Shown here: piece by piece, positions 57,825 to 64,000 of the stretch
Position numbering within the stretch: position 1 is the stretch's first letter
Layout: each line of letters starts with the position of its first letter
Source: a virus
IMG/VR virus record: IMGVR_UViG_3300013126_001527
Location: 26,896 to 90,895 of that record
DNA length: 64,000 nucleotides
Direction: 5' to 3' (one strand)
The notes under the pieces: generated by a model
Seen by the model: the letters and a program-made list of their open reading frames with translations, nothing else
Databases searched by the model: none
What the model was told of the DNA's origin: nothing
Program-made: the position numbers and the translations under genes

Positions 57825-58847
57825 ATGAGATACTTACTTGTAGACACAGCAAATACATTTTTTCGTGCAAGACATTCGGCCCATCGCCAAGCAGACACTT
57901 GGGATAAGTTGGGTTTTGCCATTCATGTAACTCTAGCCAGCATCAATAAAGCATGGCGCGAACACAAGGCAGATCATGTGGTATTCTGTCTAGAGGGTCG
58001 TAGCTGGCGCAAAGATTATTACGAGCCTTATAAGAAAAATCGTGCAGTAGCACGTGCTGCACTCACTGAAAAAGAAGCAGAAGAGGATCAGCTATTTTGG
58101 GAAACATTTGATGCCCTCAAAGCATTTATCACTGAAAAAACTAATTGCACAGTACTTCAACACTCTAATCTGGAAGCCGACGATCTTATTGCTGGATTTA
58201 TTCAGTGCCATCCTACTGATCATCATGTTATTATATCTAGCGATACAGATTTTCATCAACTACTAGCTGAGAATGTAACCCAATATAATGGTGTAGCAGA
58301 TGAGTTACATACATTACAAGGTATTTTAGACAAAAAAGGCAATTTAGTAATTGACAAAAAAACCAAGGAACCTAAAAAGATTCCTGATCCAAAGTTTATA
58401 CTTTTTGAAAAGTGTATGCGTGGTGATCCTACTGATAATATTTTTAGTGCTTACCCAGGTGTTCGCACTAAAGGATCAAAAAATAAGGTCGGACTTGAGG
58501 AAGCATTTGCTGACAAAGATAAAAAGGGTTATAACTGGAATAATCTAATGCTACAGCGTTGGGTTGATCATAACGGTGTTGAACATCGTGTTATGGATGA
58601 CTATGAACGCAATCGTACTTTAGTTGACCTGTCAGCACAGCCAGCAGATGTAAAAGATCAAATACACGAAACTATCCGTGCTAACGCTAATGTTAAGAAT
58701 CGCCCGATGGTGGGTGCGCAATTCTTAAAATTTTGTGGTAAGTATGAGCTTAACAAACTCAGTGACAATGCCAGCAACGTAAGTGAATGGCTAGGTGCTA
58801 GCTACCCAGAACAAAGTGTAACTATGTTCCACTTGCAAAATGGTTGA
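57825..58847 (+). CDS. rnh: T4 RNase H-like 5'-3' exonuclease (FEN family)
   Basis: LLVD, SWRKDYY..YK.NR, EADD, SSDTDF.QL, GDPTDNI. Confidence 0.88.
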   Translation: MRYLLVDTANTFFRARHSAHRQADTWDKLGFAIHVTLASINKAWREHKADHVVFCLEGRSWRKDYYEPYKKNRAVARAALTEKEAEEDQLFWETFDALKAFITEKTNCTVLQHSNLEADDLIAGFIQCHPTDHHVIISSDTDFHQLLAENVTQYNGVADELHTLQGILDKKGNLVIDKKTKEPKKIPDPKFILFEKCMRGDPTDNIFSAYPGVRTKGSKNKVGLEEAFADKDKKGYNWNNLMLQRWVDHNGVEHRVMDDYERNRTLVDLSAQPADVKDQIHETIRANANVKNRPMVGAQFLKFCGKYELNKLSDNASNVSEWLGASYPEQSVTMFHLQNG

Positions 58848-58872
58848 CATTTTGGTTAATTCCATGTATAAT
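58844..58872 (+). promoter_or_regulatory. Consensus sigma70 promoter
   Basis: TTGACA-17-TATAAT. Confidence 0.8.
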
Positions 58873-58902
58873 GCAACTATTAAATGTAAGAAAGGCAGTT
58901 AA

Positions 58903-59238
58903 ATGACATACATTCGCAGATGTATTAAATGCTTCCAACCATGGGACGGTGGTGGTAGCGTAACCTGTGCGCATTGCCGTCAAATTGAAGCAATAAACGA
59001 GCAGACAGAAGCACTTAAACGCAGTCAAGATACTGCCAGATACTCTGCTCCTACGTATGATTATTATACTGGGCGCGAGTATACTGAAGAAGAAAGTGCA
59101 GAGTTACGTAGACAAGTTGCCGCATTGAGTGCATCAAACGTGCAAAAAAGTAAAATTGAAATACTTATTTTGATTCTTATATTCATAGCATTACCGTGGG
59201 TACTTGGTTTTGTTTGGAGATTTATTTGGGGATTATAG
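58903..59238 (+). CDS. Zn-ribbon protein with C-terminal TM anchor
   Basis: CIKC...CAHC plus hydrophobic C-terminus. Confidence 0.65.
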   Translation: MTYIRRCIKCFQPWDGGGSVTCAHCRQIEAINEQTEALKRSQDTARYSAPTYDYYTGREYTEEESAELRRQVAALSASNVQKSKIEILILILIFIALPWVLGFVWRFIWGL

Positions 59239-59823
59239 TTGATAGAACGTAGTCAGAAGTTCCTAGCGTTAGATTTAGAATTAAACCAACCAAGTGGTAA
59301 GATCATTCAGGTTGGCGTTGCTGTGGGCAGTGCTGGGGATCGTCGCGATCAATACATAACTAAGAAATGGTATATCAATCCAAACGAACCGTTGGACCAA
59401 TTCATTATTGACCTAACTGGTATTACCCAATCAGATATAAGTTCATACTGTGTTAGTCACGAAACTGTAGCTAGAGAGCTGAGTGAGTTAATTAAAGAAC
59501 ACAAGTGTTTTGTTAACCCGGTTACATGGGGTGGCGGTGATAGTACAGAACTGCTGGCCGAATTCTGCAAAAATCACGCAGACTTTCCACACTTTGGGCG
59601 ACGCTGGATAGACGTTAAGACTTGGTATACTTTACACATGTTATGCAAGGGTAAAAATCCCTCAGGCGGTCTTGCTAGTGCTATGGGCCAATACAAACTA
59701 CAGTTCAAAGGTCGAGCACATCAAGCAGATATTGATGCCGAAAATACCCTAGCGTTGTTCTTCAAAATCTTAGAACGTCAGCGTAGCATGGAGTTGTTAG
59801 TTGATTCAGCAAAGTCAATCTAG
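59239..59823 (+). CDS. DEDDh 3'-5' exonuclease (DnaQ-like)
   Basis: LDLE, LTGI, WGGGD, H.ADIDA. Confidence 0.85.
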   Translation: MIERSQKFLALDLELNQPSGKIIQVGVAVGSAGDRRDQYITKKWYINPNEPLDQFIIDLTGITQSDISSYCVSHETVARELSELIKEHKCFVNPVTWGGGDSTELLAEFCKNHADFPHFGRRWIDVKTWYTLHMLCKGKNPSGGLASAMGQYKLQFKGRAHQADIDAENTLALFFKILERQRSMELLVDSAKSI

Positions 59824-60028
59824 ATGCGTACAGTTTGTACCATATGAAGTAGTACATCGTGCCGCATTTGAAATGGTTGAAGAATTTCGTAGATACGAAG
59901 TTTGGCAAGATGAGTTCGAACATGAATACAATGTTAAGTTTGGCACATTAAAAGTAGATGTAGATAGGTACTGTATGATCTTTCCAAGTGATGAAGCATA
60001 CACAATGTTTATGCTAAGATGGGCTTGA
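59801..60028 (+). CDS. Small hypothetical protein
   Basis: Ends F.SDEAYTMFMLRW; start uncertain. Confidence 0.5.
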   Translation: MIQQSQSRCVQFVPYEVVHRAAFEMVEEFRRYEVWQDEFEHEYNVKFGTLKVDVDRYCMIFPSDEAYTMFMLRWA

Positions 60029-60054
60029 CATTGCCTAAATAATACACATATAAT
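60025..60054 (+). promoter_or_regulatory. Sigma70 promoter with nested TAAATA upstream of queD
   Basis: TTGACA-18-TATAAT enclosing TAAATA. Confidence 0.65.
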
Positions 60055-60078
60055 AGTAATATAAGGAAAGGAATAGAT

Positions 60079-60642
60079 ATGAGTTGGATTATTGATAAAA
60101 CATTTGAATTTTGTTATGGACATCGTGTTTGGACACAGATGCTACATGGCGAATACGCAGACGACCTAAAGTGTGCTTGCCGTCACCTACATGGACATGA
60201 AGGCAAAGTACAGGTTTACTTAACTAACAGCACGGACTCAAACAAACTAGATACTACAGGTATGGTAACTGACTTCCGTCATTTAGAATGGTTAAAGAAA
60301 TGGATTAACAAATATATTGACCATCAGTTTGTCATTGATCGCAACGATCCACTATACGATCGATTAGTGGGAAATGACACCCCGTTAGTACCAGTACCAG
60401 TTCCGGGTACAGACTACATCGCAGGGTGGCATATTGATCCAACTTACTATGCGACATTAGATGGCCACGAGTATGAAATGTTTGAAGGGTTCATGGTTGT
60501 GGACTTTGTTCCTACTAGTGAGAATCTAAGTGCTTGGTTGGCTAAATTAGTTGATGTGAAGATGGAGCCATTGGGTGTTAAGGTACATCATCTTGATTGG
60601 TGGGAAACTCCTAAATCACGTAGCGTGTACTACAATGATTAA
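60079..60642 (+). CDS. queD: 6-carboxy-5,6,7,8-tetrahydropterin synthase
   Basis: FCYGHR, CRHLHGH, GMVTDF, DH, PTSENL, WETPKS. Confidence 0.9.
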   Translation: MSWIIDKTFEFCYGHRVWTQMLHGEYADDLKCACRHLHGHEGKVQVYLTNSTDSNKLDTTGMVTDFRHLEWLKKWINKYIDHQFVIDRNDPLYDRLVGNDTPLVPVPVPGTDYIAGWHIDPTYYATLDGHEYEMFEGFMVVDFVPTSENLSAWLAKLVDVKMEPLGVKVHHLDWWETPKSRSVYYND

Positions 60643-60790
60643 GCGTCTTAAAAAATGTATTGGTCCCAGTAAAGAGGACCTTGAACTAGCTGATAAAATT
60701 AGAAAACTTTATGAAACACACGATGTAACTATTATTCGTAGTGGGCTTAAGGGATGGCGCATCAGCGTTAGGCGAAAGGAAATCAAATGA
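60635..60790 (+). CDS. Small basic hypothetical protein
   Basis: MIKRLKKCIG..., overlapping both neighbours. Confidence 0.5.
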   Translation: MIKRLKKCIGPSKEDLELADKIRKLYETHDVTIIRSGLKGWRISVRRKEIK

Positions 60791-61152
60791 CCTGGGAAGT
60801 ATTTTTACTATTAAGCCTATTCGGTATTAAACACTTTATTGCAGACTTTCCCCTACAGTATCAATACATGATACAAGAAAAAGGAATCTATGGTGCAGGG
60901 GGTGGTGTTCAACATGCAGGTATACATGCTGTAGGCACCTTTATTGTATTAATGCTAGTGGTAACTGTAAGCCCGTGGATATTATTTTTAAGTTTTGTAG
61001 ACGGCATCGTACATTATCACATTGACTGGGCTAAACAGCAATTAAATCGTAATTTAACCATTAAAGATGATCATTGGTGGACTTTAATGGGTTTGGACCA
61101 ATGTCTGCATTACCTAACCTATGTAGGAATTATCTATGTCGTTACTAGCTAA
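60787..61152 (+). CDS. DUF3307-like membrane protein
   Basis: KHFIADFPLQ, HAGIH, HYHIDWAK, GLDQCLH. Confidence 0.75.
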   Translation: MTWEVFLLLSLFGIKHFIADFPLQYQYMIQEKGIYGAGGGVQHAGIHAVGTFIVLMLVVTVSPWILFLSFVDGIVHYHIDWAKQQLNRNLTIKDDHWWTLMGLDQCLHYLTYVGIIYVVTS

Positions 61153-61630
61153 AAGCGTTTATAAAAACAAATATTGGATTGTGGAAGAAGAAGGGCGTAG
61201 GGTAGCTAGTATTTTACCCAACCCTACCGGCGTTACTTTGATACACGAAGGCAAACGTTTAAACTTCTCAAATCTTAAAAATCTAAGTGAACGTTATAAT
61301 ATTTTAGTTGATAAAACCAAACCTACAAAAATCAAAACAGAAGCAAACGAAGTCTACGGGTATCCTTGCGAGCACAGAGCGCATAATATACTCTGGGATG
61401 TTAAACATCGTTTACCAATTTTCACAAAAGGTAATAAAAGTAAAAGTTTCTTTTGTGCAGGATACTATATTGTTAAATTTAACAATGGGTGGGTTAAAAG
61501 TTATTGCCCTAAACTAATTACCTTAAACAGATATCCATTTCAAGGACCGTTTAAGACTCAAGAAGAAATGTTATCAAATTTAAGGATCGCCAATGGAAAC
61601 ACAATTAAGTTTACATCTCAAGAAGTTTAA
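61136..61630 (+). CDS. Hypothetical protein
   Basis: 164 aa; SKSFFCAGYY, SYCPKLITL.RY. Confidence 0.7.
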   Translation: MSLLAKSVYKNKYWIVEEEGRRVASILPNPTGVTLIHEGKRLNFSNLKNLSERYNILVDKTKPTKIKTEANEVYGYPCEHRAHNILWDVKHRLPIFTKGNKSKSFFCAGYYIVKFNNGWVKSYCPKLITLNRYPFQGPFKTQEEMLSNLRIANGNTIKFTSQEV

Positions 61631-61811
61631 TGATAGAGTTAAAGTAATGAATCAAACTAATGCCAAGGAAATGACCCTTTCTGCGTTAGAGGCGAGAAAT
61701 TTACATAATGACATTTTTGAACTACTTACACAAATTCAAGCACTTACAGAAATAAAACAGAATCAAGTTGAAGAAGTAATTGAAGTTGGCATGGATGGTG
61801 GTGGTTTTTAA
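61593..61811 (+). CDS. Small hypothetical protein
   Basis: 72 aa ending MDGGGF. Confidence 0.65.
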   Translation: METQLSLHLKKFNDRVKVMNQTNAKEMTLSALEARNLHNDIFELLTQIQALTEIKQNQVEEVIEVGMDGGGF

Positions 61812-61847
61812 TTATATGCTCAGATAATTGGCATAAATAATAGTATT

Positions 61848-62135
61848 ATGAGCAGACCTAAACCTACAGTGCTTTTAGAGCACGTTAATAAAACAAATTA
61901 TAAAAGTGATCAGATTCTGAATTCAGAAGGTATTTGGGCGGTGTTTTATGATAATCAACCTATCAATTTAAAAACACAAAATGTCTTAGTGGCCTATCCG
62001 GGCCCTAAGTATAAAAAAGTCAGCTTTAGTAACCCTGGCCATGCTATTAATCTAGCTAAAAAGCTCAACACACTGTTTAAAACAGACAAATTTTCAGTTG
62101 TTCTGCTTAAAGCCGGAGATCAAATATATCCTTAA
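61848..62135 (+). CDS. Hypothetical late protein
   Basis: MSRPKP...KYKKVSFSNPGHA; TAAATA 8 nt upstream. Confidence 0.7.
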   Translation: MSRPKPTVLLEHVNKTNYKSDQILNSEGIWAVFYDNQPINLKTQNVLVAYPGPKYKKVSFSNPGHAINLAKKLNTLFKTDKFSVVLLKAGDQIYP

Positions 62136-62137
62136 CT

Positions 62138-62497
62138 ATGTCCCGTAGTACTGACAGTCTGCAGGCAATTTGGCAGGAAAAACTACAACAAGGCCCAGTC
62201 AAACCACATTATCTAGCAAATCCTGCCAATTTTTGGTGGCATAATCCCACAAACCACAATAGCCTGCGATTAACTAACAGCGCCTACTTAGCTATTAAAA
62301 ATACTATTAAATTCTATAAATTTCAGCTTAGTCATGACATTCGCCCCAAATGCTTTGTGCAGTTAGAAAGATATTTTAAAGAACCATACTATGTACAGAA
62401 TCGCAAAACTATCCATATTATGAGCGATCGCGATGCTATGATGCTGAGTTTACACGCCAACAACCTTCAACAATATTTAGACAATCAAAGTTTATAA
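62138..62497 (+). CDS. Hypothetical protein
   Basis: 119 aa in operon. Confidence 0.65.
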   Translation: MSRSTDSLQAIWQEKLQQGPVKPHYLANPANFWWHNPTNHNSLRLTNSAYLAIKNTIKFYKFQLSHDIRPKCFVQLERYFKEPYYVQNRKTIHIMSDRDAMMLSLHANNLQQYLDNQSL

Positions 62498-62509
62498 TTA
62501 AATACGTAC

Positions 62510-63292
62510 ATGATTAACTCAATACAAAACTACCTTCGGCCATCTCGTGGTTTTACCAGCTTACTGCAACTAACAACCCCATTAGCAATATGGTACGCTG
62601 TTACATTAAATTTAACCATGATATGGTGGGGCGGAGCTATGCTTATCATGTCATTTGTTTATATACTAGTAGGCAACAACATTGGATTACATAGATATTT
62701 TACCCACAAGCACTTTGAAGTTAGTCGACCAATCGAATGGTTCTTTTTATGGTCGGGAGCAATGAGTGGATTAGGAAGCCCGTTGAGTTATGCAATGGTT
62801 CATATTGTGCATCACCGCTACCCTGACAGTAAATTGGATCCCCACGGCCCTATTAGAGGAATTAAAAGTTGGTTGGTTTGGTTTCAAAAACCAGTTGATG
62901 TAACAGAAACTCCGGTGTTTAGCCGACGATTAATAGAGCTTGACCAAAAGTATTGGTGGTTACATCGTTATTATGTACTATTTGTTTTAATTAATGCACT
63001 GATATTCTATGTCATCGATTTTCGTTTATTTCTAATGGGGTGGCTAATTCCAGCAGGACTCACTTGCTGGATAGTTGCCTGGAGTGTTTGGCGACAACAC
63101 ATAGGACTAAAACCAAACAATACCCCAATACATCGGTGGGACATTTTTGCCGAAGGGTTGCATAAAAATCACCATGATTGGCCAATGGCTCCAAACACCG
63201 CAGTGCGCGATAGAGAAATTGATTGGACCTATCAAGCCAGTCGGGTGTTTAAGCCAAGATATAATTGGAAGGGACAACCAAAAAAGATGTAA
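62510..63292 (+). CDS. Fatty-acid (delta-9-type) desaturase
   Basis: GLHRYFTH, HIVHH...DPHGP, EGLHKNHH, EIDW; TM helices. Confidence 0.88.
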   Translation: MINSIQNYLRPSRGFTSLLQLTTPLAIWYAVTLNLTMIWWGGAMLIMSFVYILVGNNIGLHRYFTHKHFEVSRPIEWFFLWSGAMSGLGSPLSYAMVHIVHHRYPDSKLDPHGPIRGIKSWLVWFQKPVDVTETPVFSRRLIELDQKYWWLHRYYVLFVLINALIFYVIDFRLFLMGWLIPAGLTCWIVAWSVWRQHIGLKPNNTPIHRWDIFAEGLHKNHHDWPMAPNTAVRDREIDWTYQASRVFKPRYNWKGQPKKM

Positions 63293-63299
63293 ATTTTGG

Positions 63300-63328
63300 T
63301 TGACAAATTGGTAAAATGAGCGTATAAT
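63300..63328 (+). promoter_or_regulatory. Consensus sigma70 (early) promoter
   Basis: TTGACA-17-TATAAT. Confidence 0.8.
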
Positions 63329-63360
63329 TGTCTTTGTTAACTTAATAAGGAGCAAGACAA

Positions 63361-63774
63361 ATGGCTTATATGAACCAAGAAATGAAAGCTTCAATTGCAG
63401 ACCAAGTTAAACCTATTTTCAAAAAATATGGCGTAAAAGGCTCATTAGCGGTACGTCATCATTCAACAATCGTAGTTAATATTAAATCAGGTCCATTAAA
63501 CTTTATTGGCAACTACAACGCAGGGCAAATGCTACGTCAACGTAGAGGCCAAGATGCTCACATCGTAACTCAAAACTATTTAGACGTTAATCCATACTGG
63601 TATCAAGAACATTTTGTAGGCGAGTGTAAAGAATTCTTCGACGAATTGTTTGCTGCTGTAAAATCAGCGGGTTGGTACAACAATTCAGACGCGATGATTG
63701 ATTATTTTGACACAGCTTACTACTTCGATGTTAATGTTGGTCGTTGGAACAAACCATACGAGTGGAAAAAATAA
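63361..63774 (+). CDS. Hypothetical early protein
   Basis: 137 aa; AAGGAG RBS; SDAMIDYFD...VGRWNKPY. Confidence 0.75.
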   Translation: MAYMNQEMKASIADQVKPIFKKYGVKGSLAVRHHSTIVVNIKSGPLNFIGNYNAGQMLRQRRGQDAHIVTQNYLDVNPYWYQEHFVGECKEFFDELFAAVKSAGWYNNSDAMIDYFDTAYYFDVNVGRWNKPYEWKK

Positions 63775-64000
63775 TGGAAGCTCTTAAAGAAGTTACAGTT
63801 TGGGATGTTGATTTCCGTCAGCCCAACCATACCTACTTGTTTGATGGTGAAAAGGCCTTGGCCTACATTCAGTGGCACGAGGGTGAGCCTATTTACTTCA
63901 ATCGACCAACAAAGATTAACCGTCGTGGCCGTAAGTTTGTTAAGGCAGATATTGGTCTGTTCGGACCGGTTCAAACGGAGAGTAACCTAATAGAATTTAC
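63774..64000 (+). CDS. Hypothetical protein (partial, runs off the window)
   Basis: MEALKEVTVWDVDFRQPNHTYL... is open to the window end and coupled to the previous stop. Confidence 0.6.
   Translation, partial: MEALKEVTVWDVDFRQPNHTYLFDGEKALAYIQWHEGEPIYFNRPTKINRRGRKFVKADIGLFGPVQTESNLIEF

Noticed and set aside
617-63990. Many short antisense or alternate-frame ORFs in the track (e.g. 617-799, 980-1258, 15781-16056, 25809-26503, 63805-63990)
   Set aside because: They lie inside long motif-bearing genes, lack RBS or promoter support and read as shadow frames.
1-64000. Stop-codon reassignment (TAG or TGA recoding as in some large phages)
   Set aside because: Code 11 gives dense, full-length genes, and TAG and TGA end genes at the expected C-termini.
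1-64000. CRISPR array, tRNA or rRNA genes
   Set aside because: I saw no regularly spaced repeats or cloverleaf with a T-loop, and the intergenic gaps are short. A tRNAscan/CRISPR scan was not run.

Overview
This 64 kb window is part of a large, AT-rich, lytic T4-like (jumbo-type) myophage genome read in the standard genetic code. Spanin lipoproteins point to a Gram-negative host. In order it contains: baseplate/tail genes; MazG, a DnaE fragment, GroES, clamp loader and PhoH; a lysis cassette (GH19 endolysin, spanins, holin); DnaJ and ClpA; a ~21 kb late-expressed island (19.2-40.7 kb) of probable capsid-internal proteins interleaved with a Gly-rich adhesin, a secreted nuclease, AdoMetDC, a desaturase and an RCC1 protein; PolB, sliding clamp and a GIY-YIG/NUMOD3 homing endonuclease; a 7-deazaguanine DNA-modification cluster (dpdA, dpdL-like, folE, queE, queD) with a glycosyltransferase, a PLP aminotransferase, a PRTase, metK and ACP; then RNase H and other early genes. 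Most striking: (1) many island proteins share a T4-like capsid-targeting leader, and several look like polyproteins of small modules joined by [LIVM]-x-E protease sites; (2) the holin has a G-GGA-AAA -1 frameshift site leading into an 81-codon acidic extension that has no start codon near its 5' end; (3) late TAAATA promoters often give leaderless mRNAs or sit inside sigma70 promoters, and two promoter-spanning hairpins occlude ribosome-binding sites; (4) there is a structured intergenic RNA candidate at ~32.39-32.47 kb. All product calls come from motif recognition by eye; no database searches were run.
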